Shown piece after piece: positions 1 through 8,518 of a stretch of 19,997 bases of DNA; position 1 is the stretch's first letter, and the number at the start of each line of letters is the position of its first letter. Origin of the DNA: a bacterium. GTDB lineage: Bacteria > Hinthialibacterota > Hinthialibacteria > Hinthialibacterales > Hinthialibacteraceae. Both the position numbers and the translations under genes were made by a program. The notes beneath the pieces were generated by a model. The model was given only the letters and a program-made list of their open reading frames with translations. It did no database searches and was not told the origin of the DNA. The stretch spans positions 1 to 19,997 of the forward strand of contig JBHGBC010000109.1 in assembly GCA_041946805.1 (NCBI GenBank). The letters are read 5' to 3'.

Positions 1-2
1 GG

Positions 3-710
3 TTGGAGGATCTCGGCGTTCTGGTCCAGGTACGGGACCGGCGCGAGTTTTTGCAGCAGCCGTTCAAGATTCATATCACTCCCCTGAATCCCGTGGGCTT
101 GCAGATTGATATGCACATCCCGGAATTGGGCGCGGGCGGCATCGAATTTTTTCAGATACTCGTCCCAACATTTCGCGCCCGGCTCGAATTGGTTTTCCCG
201 GCATTTGGACAGCGTGCCCAGACAGGTCTGCGTGTACCACCGGAATTCCTGGATCGACATGGCCTGAACTTTCAGCAGCCGGATGTGTTCCTGGCCGATC
301 CCCGCGCCGATCTTGACCGCCATATCTACCAATTCCCGGATTTTGGAGAACCCGCGGATTTTGGATATGATTCCCGGTTTCTCGAACTGCTGGCCGACGG
401 CATCGCCGATTTTGCCGATGTTATCCTGGTAGGATTGGGCGAAATCCGTCAATTGCGAACGAACGTTCAAGAAGACGGCCAGCCGGATCGGGTCGAGAGC
501 GCCATCCGGTGGAGGCGTGAAGGCATATTGCTGATCGAGTTTTTGATAGTCCGTAATCAGATTTTTATATGTCGTTCCGACTTCCTTGCCGAACTGGTAC
601 CCCTGGTAGGTAAGATATCCGATACCCCCGCCCATCAACGCAAGGAACAAAAAGAGCACCACGGCGCATCCCGCGCACCCGTAATAAAAGACTTTTCTTT
701 TGGTAGTCAT
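3..710 (-). CDS. Hypothetical membrane-anchored protein, 3'-truncated by the window edge (>=236 aa)
   Basis: Manual translation from ATG at 710: MTTKRKVFYYGCAGCAVVLFLFLALMGGGIGYLTYQGYQFGKEVG... (basic N-terminus, GCxGC, one TM helix, then a soluble region). No stop codon before the window edge, which is why the ORF track misses it. A promoter-like motif lies at 770-803. Confidence 0.85.
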   Translation of the reverse strand, partial: MTTKRKVFYYGCAGCAVVLFLFLALMGGGIGYLTYQGYQFGKEVGTTYKNLITDYQKLDQQYAFTPPPDGALDPIRLAVFLNVRSQLTDFAQSYQDNIGKIGDAVGQQFEKPGIISKIRGFSKIRELVDMAVKIGAGIGQEHIRLLKVQAMSIQEFRWYTQTCLGTLSKCRENQFEPGAKCWDEYLKKFDAARAQFRDVHINLQAHGIQGSDMNLERLLQKLAPVPYLDQNAEILQ

Positions 711-769
711 GGTTGATCGATCCAGGATTTCGTCCCCACGAGAAATAAAGGCCGTAATAATTAGGCTTA

Positions 770-803
770 CTCATTCTCTCATGCGGGATGGATGCTCGTC
801 AAT
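770..803 (-). promoter_or_regulatory. Putative sigma70-type promoter TTGACG-N18-GAGAAT with extended -10 TG
   Basis: Minus strand reads ATTGACG-agcatccatcccgc-ATGAGAGAATGAG, about 60 nt upstream of the ATG at 710. The same architecture occurs at 10753-10786. Confidence 0.65.
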
Positions 804-959
804 TGATGAACCTTGAAAGGGGCCGGATTCCGCCGGCGCATGGTGATTTCCACGGGGATGGCATTCATTCCCGCCCCTATCCCCAATCCGCTCCATTTGA
901 TAGAAATAACTCACTATCTTTGGGGTGAATAACCCCGATCGTTCAAAGGATCGATCATC

Positions 960-3545
960 ATGAAAAGCCTATACAACCTTCTTGCCCTTCTGGTCATTGG
1001 GATCACCGCGAGCGCGGCTTTTTCCGAGGTCCCCACGTATCGGAACGAGCCTTCCGGCGAGTTCATGCGGAACTGGCTGTTGTGCGGCCCGTTTCCCAAT
1101 CCGGAAGCGGCGTACGACAAGATGGACCGGGAGCGTTCCGGCTTTTATACCGACTTCCTCCTGGCGCATGGGGGAGAAATTGCTCCTCAAATCGCGGCCG
1201 GCCAGACCGAAACGCGTGATGGCGTCTCGGCCCACTGGACTGAATATGAAGCCTCCGGGAACGCGATTGACCTGGACCGCGCCATCAGCCAGGATCCTTT
1301 CGTGCTGGCCTACGCCTTCAGCGAGATCGTGTCCGAAAAGGCCACGCCGTGCCTGCTGGCGTTCGGCAGCAACGACGGCGCGCGGATTTGGCTGAACGGC
1401 GAGGAAATTCTGAATAAACCCGTCCGGCGGGGATTGCGCGAGGACGAGGACATGCTTCCCATCGTACTTCGCTCCGGGAAGAACGAATTGCTCATCAAGG
1501 TGGCGGAAACCGAAAACCGGTGGGGATTTTGCTGCCGCTTGATGCCTTTCGATCAAGCCATCTGGAACCATCCTCAGCAGTTCTTCCAAATCGTCACCAA
1601 CCGGGACGGCCAGGCGGTTTTGCGATTTGTGGGATCGGCTTTGTTGGCGGGAGAGGTGTTGAAAGATGTCGATTTGGAGGTGTATCCCGCCGATGAACCG
1701 GATCGGGCCGTATGGCGGAACCGCTGGTCCGGTGAACGTGAAACGCCGATCGGAATCACCTCCCCAGCGTATGGGGATTACACGCTGCGAGTGTCTCTGA
1801 CCACCAACGAGGGTCAGCAGCACGCCTTTACGCTGCCCTTTCCTTTGGGAAAACGGATCGATTACCCGTTGTTCCAGCAAGGTAAAACAGACTATATCAT
1901 TGTCGTGGATGATGACGCCTCCGATTCGGAAAAGTGGGCGGCCCGGGAATTGCAGCACTCTCTGAAGGAAATCAGCGGAGCCGATTTTCCCATACGCAAT
2001 GAAGCCTCCTCGGATAATCCCCGCGCCATTGTGCTGGGGTATAATCCGCAGAGCCGGCCTTGGCTGGGGAATGAGTATCCCGAGCCGGACCGGCTGGATG
2101 AATCCTTCACCTACAAAAATTTCGGGCCCACGATCGTGATCTGGGGCGGCCGGGAACGGGGCACGATGTACGGGGTGATGTCGTTCCTCGAAAGGGAATT
2201 CGGCTGCCGCTGGTATACGCCTTCCGTCTCCGTGATCCCCCAGCGAGACACGTACACCTTCCATTATCTGAAACACTCCGAAGCCCCGGGCCTCACCGTG
2301 CGCAACGATTTTTACTTCGAGGCCTTCGAGCCCATTTGGGCGGCGCGCAACCGGGTGAACGGCGCGATGAGCTACCGCGAACAGCCGGGCGGACTCGAAT
2401 GCTACTGGGCCGTGCATACCTTCTTCCCCCTTGTGCCTCCCAAGGAGTTCTACGCCGAACATCCCGAATATTACAGCCTGATCGGCGGCCAGCGCGTCTA
2501 TGAACACGCACAATTGTGCCTGACCAATCCCGATGTGCTGCGGATTGTGGTGGAACGGATCAAGCGGACCATGCGCGAAAATCCGCAATACCGGATCTAT
2601 TGCGTGTCCCAAAACGATTGGGCGGGGCCGTGCCAGTGCGATGCCTGCCAGGCCATCGCGCTGCGGGAGGAAAGCGAATCCGGCCCGGTGGTATGGTTCG
2701 TCAACCAGGTGGCGGAAGCGGTGGAAAAGGAATTCCCGGACAAGTACATCGGCACCCTGGCGTATCAATATACCCGCAAGCCCTGCAAGACGATCAAGCC
2801 GCGTCATAACGTCGTGATCCGCTTTTGCAGCATCGAATGCTGTTTTTCACATGATTTCCTGAACTGTCCTGAGAACGAATCGTTCGTGAAGGACATCCAG
2901 GGCTGGGCGGCCATCGCTCCCCACCTATACGTTTGGGATTACGTGGTGAATTTTTCCCACTACATTTTGCCTTATCCCAATTTCAAGGTGCTGCAGCCCA
3001 ATCTGCAATTCTTCCGGGATCACAACGCCATCGGCGTGATGGAGCAGGCCGCCTACCAGAGCCGGGGTGGCGAGTTCGCGGAACTGCGCGCCTATCTGCT
3101 GGCCAAACTGCTATGGAATCCGGATTGCAATGTACAAGATGTGATCGACGATTTCCTGCACGGCTATTATGGCCGGAGCGGGCAATACATCCGCGCGTAT
3201 TTCGACCTGCTGCACAATCAGGTCACGCCGGAGCGGCATATTCACTTAGGACTCCGGCCGGACGATCCCCTGTTCACCGAAGATTTTATCCACCAGGCGG
3301 ACGCGTTATTCGATATGGCGGAAACCGTGGCCGATTCGGAAGAAATCCGCCGCCGCGTGGAGATGGCGCGCCTGCCGCTGATGTATCTGAAATGTCTGCG
3401 GTTCCCCAACCAGGCTGTCCGCGATTTGACCTATCAGCGGTTTTGTGAAATCACGAAGCGCGAGGGCGTCACCCATTACGCCGAAAGCGGACAACCCCAC
3501 CGCGAGGCGTTTCACAACGCCATGGAGGCGGAACGGGAAAAGTGA
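960..3545 (+). CDS. Secreted DUF4838-family protein (putative carbohydrate-active enzyme) with an N-terminal PA14/jelly-roll-like module and a GH67/GH20-type N-domain
   Basis: 861 aa. Signal peptide MKSLYNLLALLVIGITASAAFS. Jelly-roll-like module (NWLLCGPFPN...GSNDGARIWLNGEEI...LRSGKNELLIKV...WGF). GH67-N-like segment IWGGRERGTMYGVMSFLEREFGCRWY. DUF4838-type motifs HTF, HPEYYSL, QLCLTNP, SQND..CQCDAC, TLAY, YLLAKLLWNP. Confidence 0.8.
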   Translation: MKSLYNLLALLVIGITASAAFSEVPTYRNEPSGEFMRNWLLCGPFPNPEAAYDKMDRERSGFYTDFLLAHGGEIAPQIAAGQTETRDGVSAHWTEYEASGNAIDLDRAISQDPFVLAYAFSEIVSEKATPCLLAFGSNDGARIWLNGEEILNKPVRRGLREDEDMLPIVLRSGKNELLIKVAETENRWGFCCRLMPFDQAIWNHPQQFFQIVTNRDGQAVLRFVGSALLAGEVLKDVDLEVYPADEPDRAVWRNRWSGERETPIGITSPAYGDYTLRVSLTTNEGQQHAFTLPFPLGKRIDYPLFQQGKTDYIIVVDDDASDSEKWAARELQHSLKEISGADFPIRNEASSDNPRAIVLGYNPQSRPWLGNEYPEPDRLDESFTYKNFGPTIVIWGGRERGTMYGVMSFLEREFGCRWYTPSVSVIPQRDTYTFHYLKHSEAPGLTVRNDFYFEAFEPIWAARNRVNGAMSYREQPGGLECYWAVHTFFPLVPPKEFYAEHPEYYSLIGGQRVYEHAQLCLTNPDVLRIVVERIKRTMRENPQYRIYCVSQNDWAGPCQCDACQAIALREESESGPVVWFVNQVAEAVEKEFPDKYIGTLAYQYTRKPCKTIKPRHNVVIRFCSIECCFSHDFLNCPENESFVKDIQGWAAIAPHLYVWDYVVNFSHYILPYPNFKVLQPNLQFFRDHNAIGVMEQAAYQSRGGEFAELRAYLLAKLLWNPDCNVQDVIDDFLHGYYGRSGQYIRAYFDLLHNQVTPERHIHLGLRPDDPLFTEDFIHQADALFDMAETVADSEEIRRRVEMARLPLMYLKCLRFPNQAVRDLTYQRFCEITKREGVTHYAESGQPHREAFHNAMEAEREK

Positions 3546-3555
3546 TTAGACCGGG

Positions 3556-3957
3556 TCACTCGCTTCTCGGCATTTGCAGCGCCAAGAGGATGAGACTTGC
3601 CGCACTGTAAGGCAGTCCAGTATAAAAATTACCGGATATGATCATCATCACCAGGCCGAAAATCGCGATCGATTCGGATAAAGCCCAGGTGAAGATAGAA
3701 AGAGTTCGATATTGGGCTTGTCCCGCGGTGGTGCTGAGGTCCAACGTTTTCATCTGGAGCGGTTCGTGAATCCCTTTCCAGCGCAGCAGGAGCGCGCCGG
3801 CCGCGCAGATCAGGGACAGAGCGAAAAACACCATACCAAGTATCTGGATCAAATCCGGTTTCAATGAAACCATTCCCTGCAGGAAAAATCCAACCACCAA
3901 GTACATAAAAACCGCAAAGATGAACGCTATCCAGATAAACCAAAGATTCTTGCCCAT
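3556..3957 (-). CDS. Small integral membrane protein (about 4 TM), function unknown
   Basis: 133 aa with four hydrophobic segments. SD-like GAGGTG just upstream of the ATG. Convergent with the DUF4838 gene (10-bp gap). Confidence 0.8.
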   Translation of the reverse strand: MGKNLWFIWIAFIFAVFMYLVVGFFLQGMVSLKPDLIQILGMVFFALSLICAAGALLLRWKGIHEPLQMKTLDLSTTAGQAQYRTLSIFTWALSESIAIFGLVMMIISGNFYTGLPYSAASLILLALQMPRSE

Positions 3958-4107
3958 GATGCACCTCGAAATGCATGGATCATCCGGGTTGGAACGCAGG
4001 AGGATAAATCCAGATTATATGTCCCGGGTCATTTTCCTTGGTAGGAGGAGATATTCCCCTCTGTTATAGTCTGCTCTTTATCAAATCCTGATCAGGCAAA
4101 GCATATC

Positions 4108-4284
4108 ATCCCCGTAGGGGATCAATGTGAATAGCCGTAGGCGATAGCCTACGGTTGCGTAAAGAATCAATACCAACCCCGGAGGGGTTGAATTTCACAT
4201 TCGACCCCTCCGGGGTCGATATTTTGGGGAACGGTACCGGGGATTGTCACCCCCGGCTATTCATATTCAATCCCTTTGGGATTG
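4108..4284. repeat. Nested palindromic REPIN/MITE-like element (six small hairpins inside a long inverted repeat)
   Basis: Hairpins at 4108-4122 (ATCCCC-GTA-GGGGAT), 4135-4154 (CCGTAGGC-GATA-GCCTACGG), 4174-4190, 4201-4219, 4237-4256 and 4268-4284. Long-range pairing: 4124-4137 with 4254-4267 (13/14) and 4175-4193 with 4199-4217 (17/19). Confidence 0.8.
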
Positions 4285-4287
4285 GAT

Positions 4288-4310
4288 GCAGGCAGGATGC
4301 CAGCACCACA
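4288..4310 (-). repeat. REP-like short hairpin TGTGGTGCTGGCATCCTGCCTGC
   Basis: GTGG head followed by an imperfect GCAGGC-type hairpin, resembling REP-type repeats of high-GC bacteria. Single copy in the window. Confidence 0.4.
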
Positions 4311-4376
4311 ATGGTTTGGATCCCCTTTTACGTAAGGATAATCCCTATAACACTTGTGGGTATAGATCAGGTGATA

Positions 4377-4402
4377 ATAGGGGCGCGTTTCAGTGTGTCC
4401 CT
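4377..4402 (+). repeat. Degenerate GTAG-type REP
   Basis: ATAGGGGCGCGTTTCAGTGTGTCCCT aligns with GTAGGGGCACGTTGCAACGTGCCCCT (9687, 12791) with several substitutions. Confidence 0.4.
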
Positions 4403-4426
4403 CCCTGTAAATCGGATCAACTTTTT

Positions 4427-4459
4427 CCCTCACCCTGGCCTTCTCCCAGAGGGAGAGGG
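4427..4459 (+). repeat. Intrastrand triplex motif (BoxC/PIT-like) copy 1
   Basis: CCCTCACCCTGGCCTTCTCCCAGAGGGAGAGGG, one mismatch to the copy at 12877. Confidence 0.9.
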
Positions 4460-4517
4460 AATTTAGTAGTTACTCCATGGGTGGAATAACAAATCGCGCG
4501 CGGTTTTATCAGGTTTC

Positions 4518-5768
4518 TCATTGAAAATCCCGGCCCGCGCGTTGGTCCGTCTCCCAACTCCGGCTGGTGGCGAAGACCTGGACGCCGTACGGCTCCAAAC
4601 GCGTGGCGAACCGCCCCTCCCGCGCCATGATCCCGCCCTCGGCGTACAACCGTTCGAACCGCCGGCCGTTCAGGGCATCGAGGCCGGATACCTCCACCCC
4701 CATGTGCCACCGGGGATCCTCGTTCACCAGGATGATCAGCCACTCGTTGCCGTTCTGTTTGACGCACACTTGGACGCCGCGGGTTTCGTCTTCCGAGGGC
4801 ATTTCCACCAGGCCGGCGCGCGCGCCGGGTAAGGCGGGCTGGATCAAGAACGGCTGCAGGCGGCTCAATTCGCGGATCAGAGCATAAATCGACTGCCGGA
4901 ACGGTTCCGACTTGAGATAATGCGAGCCCCAGTACAACACGCCGCCCGCTCCGCGCGCGATCACGTCGTAGGCCATGAAGCGCGACTCGGCGAATGTGGG
5001 GTAAGCCGGTTCTCGAACACTGTAATATTCTCCCAGTTCGTGCCAGGAGAAGGCCTGCAAGACCATCCACACCGGGCGGCCCAGGCCCACCGCCTTCCAC
5101 CGTTCCACTGCGTCTCCCATCCGGTGGAGGGGACGGTTATCCTTCCACACCGGGTAGATATCGCAACCAGTGATGTCCACGAAGCCGAGATACTCGCGCA
5201 CATAGGCCAGGTCGCTGTCCAGCGCCTCGTTGATCCAAATCGGCGTCTTGGTGCTGCGGCTCCGGATATACGCCGCCGCTTCGCGCATCTTGGGGATGAC
5301 CGTCCGCGCTTGTTCTTCCGCGTAGCGCGCCGCCTCGGGCGTTTGTTTCCACCACGCGCCCGTGACGGAATGAACATGGCTCGACTTGTACAGGGCGGAG
5401 GCGGCGGTGAAGTTCCACACCACCTCGTCCGGCCCTTCCCAGACGGCCAGGGCGGGGTGATCCGCCAACGCGTCGATCGTGGCCTTGAACGAATCCGACG
5501 CGCCTTGCTGCAGCGGCACGGGTGCCACGCCCAGCAGTCCCGCCCGTTGCGCGCGGTCCAAGTCGTCCCGGCTGTGGCAGTGGACCAGGTTGAAGCCCGC
5601 CTCCGTCATCTCCCGCAGCGCCTCGTCGTCTTTCGGTAGCTCATAGCATCCGATGGGAAACAAGACTTCGCCGCCCCTCCGCAACAAACCGTCGCTTTGG
5701 CCATAGGCCAAGGCGTTCATCAAGAGACATATACCCACCCAAGCCATTTGTATCAGGTTTTTCTTCAT
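4518..5768 (-). CDS. Secreted glycoside hydrolase-like TIM-barrel protein (paralogue B)
   Basis: Start moved to ATG 5768 (MKKNLIQMAWVGICLLMNALAYG signal peptide, GGGGAG SD). Motifs FPIGCY, GFNLVH, DHPALAVWEGPDE, PIWIN, CDIYP, PVWMVLQAF, YPTFAESRFMAY..IARGAGG, then a beta-rich C-terminus. Confidence 0.75.
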   Translation of the reverse strand: MKKNLIQMAWVGICLLMNALAYGQSDGLLRRGGEVLFPIGCYELPKDDEALREMTEAGFNLVHCHSRDDLDRAQRAGLLGVAPVPLQQGASDSFKATIDALADHPALAVWEGPDEVVWNFTAASALYKSSHVHSVTGAWWKQTPEAARYAEEQARTVIPKMREAAAYIRSRSTKTPIWINEALDSDLAYVREYLGFVDITGCDIYPVWKDNRPLHRMGDAVERWKAVGLGRPVWMVLQAFSWHELGEYYSVREPAYPTFAESRFMAYDVIARGAGGVLYWGSHYLKSEPFRQSIYALIRELSRLQPFLIQPALPGARAGLVEMPSEDETRGVQVCVKQNGNEWLIILVNEDPRWHMGVEVSGLDALNGRRFERLYAEGGIMAREGRFATRLEPYGVQVFATSRSWETDQRAGRDFQ

Positions 5769-5793
5769 GATGGATCTCCCCGGCCGCACCGGT

Positions 5794-7032
5794 TCACGGT
5801 TTCGCTTTCAACGCCCGGTAGATATGTACATCCAGCCCTTCGAACTCGTCGTAAAACGTTCCGTTTTTGACCGGAACCGAACGATTCCCGCCCACCACCT
5901 CCCATTCCGGCGCGCCGCCCGGCAGCGCATGGAAATCGGCGGCGGCGGGATCAATGGAGGTGTTGGCGGCCACCAGGTAATACGCGCCGTCCGTCTCGCG
6001 GCCCATGACCTCGATCCCGGCGGCGATGCTCGAGCCGCGTTCGTGATACCGCAACACCGGCGGATTCGGCCATTCTTCACCCAGGATCACCGGAGTGAGT
6101 TCCCGGATTTCGCGGAGCGTCAGCGCCCAGTCCTGGATGAACGGATGCTCCTTGGGCACGGTATGCAGCCCCCAGATCATCAATCCCCGCGCGCCGTGGA
6201 TGATGGACTGCCAGGCCATGAAGCGGCATTCCCGCGCGTTGGGATACCGCACCTGGGCCGAGTTCATGTCTTTCTCCCGCAGCGCTTCCCAGGCGAAGCC
6301 TTGCAGCACGATGAACACGGTTCGCCCTTCCCCCGCCACCCGCTTCATCTTGTCCACGTATTCGCCCACGCAGCTGGGCGTCTGGTTGGGCAGGTCGCCG
6401 TGCCGCCCGTCCGGAGTGATGGCGTACATGCGCCGGAGGCCGGGAGGGATGATGGGGTAAATATCCACGCAGACGATCTCGCAGGCGGGATTGTACCGCC
6501 GCAGTGTCTTCACCGTGTTGCGCGGGGCATGATTGAGATACACGGGATGCGCTGGATCCAGCTCCCGCAAAAACCGGCGGCCCGCGATCAAGCCCTCGGG
6601 CTGGTTGCGCGCCACCGCGGGAGCTTCGTCCGTCCAAGCCGGTTCGTCCACGCTTTCCCAGAAAAGCAGCCGGGGGTGATCGGCCAACCCTTCCACGGTT
6701 TCACGGATTGATTGGCGGCGGGATTCGGCTTTCTCGCCCGTCAAGTCGAGCGCCTCGCCGAACGAGTGCCATACCCACAGCCCCGCTTCGCCGGCTTCGT
6801 CCCACGTGGCCCGGCTGGCGCGCGCGTGGACCAGGTTGAATCCCACGCTTTCCGCTTCCGTGAAATTCATGTTCTTGGGCAGCGCGTACGCCCCGATGGG
6901 AAACACCCGCGCTCCGTTCCATTCCAGGTATCCGCCCGCGCCGATCCGCGTGTCGGTCCAGGCCACGGACGCGGCCGTCAGCCATACGCACCCGAAAAGC
7001 AGCCACATGTTTTTGATGGGAATGATTCTCAT
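5794..7032 (-). CDS. Secreted glycoside hydrolase-like TIM-barrel protein (paralogue A)
   Basis: ATG at 7032 with GGAG 6 nt upstream. Signal peptide ...WLLFGCVWLTAASVA. Motifs FPIGAY, GFNLVH, DHPRLLFWESVDEP, PVYLN, VDIYP, VFIVLQGF, YPNARECRFMAW..IIHGARG, colinear with paralogue B. Confidence 0.75.
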   Translation of the reverse strand: MRIIPIKNMWLLFGCVWLTAASVAWTDTRIGAGGYLEWNGARVFPIGAYALPKNMNFTEAESVGFNLVHARASRATWDEAGEAGLWVWHSFGEALDLTGEKAESRRQSIRETVEGLADHPRLLFWESVDEPAWTDEAPAVARNQPEGLIAGRRFLRELDPAHPVYLNHAPRNTVKTLRRYNPACEIVCVDIYPIIPPGLRRMYAITPDGRHGDLPNQTPSCVGEYVDKMKRVAGEGRTVFIVLQGFAWEALREKDMNSAQVRYPNARECRFMAWQSIIHGARGLMIWGLHTVPKEHPFIQDWALTLREIRELTPVILGEEWPNPPVLRYHERGSSIAAGIEVMGRETDGAYYLVAANTSIDPAAADFHALPGGAPEWEVVGGNRSVPVKNGTFYDEFEGLDVHIYRALKAKP

Positions 7033-7047
7033 CAAACGCTCCGATCG

Positions 7048-8142
7048 TCACGGTATAGGCAACCGCACGGGCTGCCCGGTGGCGTAGCATTGCTGCGCCG
7101 CGAAGATGATTTCATGCGTGTGGGCGGCGTCTTCCAGGTTGCAGTGGGATTCCCGGTTGCTGAGGATGCAGTCGACGAAATGATCGATCTCCCCTTGGAA
7201 GGGATGATGGCCGACATCGGCCGTGGTGGGGAGAATCGTGGGGATTTCAATCCAGCCTTTCTGACCCGGGAAGAGATGCGACCAGATCCGGTTGTCCTTC
7301 ACGGTGCCGCGGTCGCCGAAAATTTCGATGGGAAAGGTGTAGGGCATGATGCAATCGTAGTTGGCGGTCACCTTGCCCAGTGCGCCGTTGTCGAATTTCA
7401 GCATGTACACTTCCAGCCCCTCGTATTCCATCGGCGGGCGGTTGTCGGCCCATTCGCCGGTGTAATAGTTGTATTCCCGCGTGCAGCCTTTCCGCCAGCC
7501 GCCGCAGTAGGCGAACACCTCCGTCACGCGGGCCGCCTGGTCCGGTTCCGGCCCGGCGAACCACCGCGCGGCGTCCAGGGCGTGGCACCCGGCCACCAGC
7601 ATGGCGCTGACGCCTTTCTCCTTGAGCCGCGCCTCCGAGAATCCCGCCCACCAACTGGCGATGTTGGATTGATAGTCCGTCTCCACGTAATAGATATTCC
7701 CGAACGCCCCCTGGGCGATCAGGTTTTTCAAGGTGGAAAATAACGGATTCCACCGCAGCACGAACGACACCACGGTTTTCACGCCCGCCTGGCGCACCGC
7801 GTCCCGCATGGCCCGGATTTCCTCCAAGGTGTTGGCGATGGGCTTCTCGATAACGAGATGCTTGCCCGCTCCCGCCGCGGCGACGACGTTCTCCGCGTGG
7901 ACGTGCTGGGGCGTGCAGACCGAAACGATATCCACTCCCTCGTGCTGGAGGGCTTTCTCCAGATCGGTGTACGTCCCCACGTCCGTCAATCCGAAGTCAT
8001 AGGCGCGCTGGACCACGCTTTCCATCCGCCGGCTGGAAAGCGCCACGATTTTCGTATGGGGATTCTTCTGAAACGCCTTGATATGCTCCCCCGCGACCCA
8101 CCCCGTGCCATGCACCAATACGCCGTATTGTGATTGAACCAT
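7048..8142 (-). CDS. Gfo/Idh/MocA family NAD(P)-dependent oxidoreductase
   Basis: Rossmann motif VHGTGWVA, DIVSVCTP..H, GKHLVIEKP, and catalytic-region GCHALD. GGAG SD. First gene of a three-gene operon (gaps of 15 and 25 bp). Confidence 0.93.
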   Translation of the reverse strand: MVQSQYGVLVHGTGWVAGEHIKAFQKNPHTKIVALSSRRMESVVQRAYDFGLTDVGTYTDLEKALQHEGVDIVSVCTPQHVHAENVVAAAGAGKHLVIEKPIANTLEEIRAMRDAVRQAGVKTVVSFVLRWNPLFSTLKNLIAQGAFGNIYYVETDYQSNIASWWAGFSEARLKEKGVSAMLVAGCHALDAARWFAGPEPDQAARVTEVFAYCGGWRKGCTREYNYYTGEWADNRPPMEYEGLEVYMLKFDNGALGKVTANYDCIMPYTFPIEIFGDRGTVKDNRIWSHLFPGQKGWIEIPTILPTTADVGHHPFQGEIDHFVDCILSNRESHCNLEDAAHTHEIIFAAQQCYATGQPVRLPIP

Positions 8143-8179
8143 GGATTGTCTCCATTCCTGGGTGTGATGAAACGGGGGA

Positions 8180-8188
8180 ATTATAACA
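8180..8188 (-). promoter_or_regulatory. Extended -10 promoter element TGtTATAAT for the oxidoreductase-glycosidase operon
   Basis: Perfect TGnTATAAT on the minus strand, 37 nt upstream of ATG 8142. No recognisable -35. Confidence 0.55.
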
Positions 8189-8347
8189 AAAGAATGAGTA
8201 GAAGGATATCATCGGGCGCGGAAGAAAATGGGACTATCAACTCCCCGTCCCGGCGGTGGATTAGCCATTTGTAACTATTTACCCGAATGCAGAACTTTCT
8301 CAGTGCTTGATTCTTAGTGTGAGCATGGATGGGAGCGCTAAACCATT

Positions 8348-8380
8348 CCCTCTCCCTCTGGGAGAGGGTCAGGATGAGGG
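8348..8380 (-). repeat. Intrastrand triplex motif (BoxC/PIT-like) copy 2
   Basis: Plus strand reads CCCTCTCCCTCTGGGAGAGGGTCAGGATGAGGG, flanked by TT/AA. Confidence 0.9.
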
Positions 8381-8518
8381 AAGCCCTGAAAGAGCGAAAG
8401 GCATCTTTTCTCTGCAATCGAGTAAACAGTTGCCGCCATTTTTATCCCTCGGAAGCATGCCGGGCCGGGATGAAAGCGTATATGATTGCCTTGAATCCCA
8501 ACATCACTTGGAGACACC

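Noticed and set aside
3..716. 237-aa plus-strand ORF
   Set aside because: Antisense shadow of the minus-strand gene 3-710, which has a coherent TM architecture and a promoter.
969..2807. 612-aa minus ORF and other long antisense ORFs (5767-6711, 6712-7743, 14061-15632, 18718-19497)
   Set aside because: They lie opposite well-supported genes, have no recognisable motifs, and are typical of high-GC codon bias.
4155..4489. Short ORFs containing PSPWPSPRGRG / PLPEGEG / VGARCNVPL peptides (also near 8307-8550, 9510-9753, 12713-13074)
   Set aside because: Translations of the intergenic repeat elements, not genes.
8340..8480. Possible glycine or cobalamin riboswitch upstream of the URO-D-like gene
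   Set aside because: The CTCTGGGAGAG similarity comes from the triplex repeat, and I could not find the conserved cores of either riboswitch.
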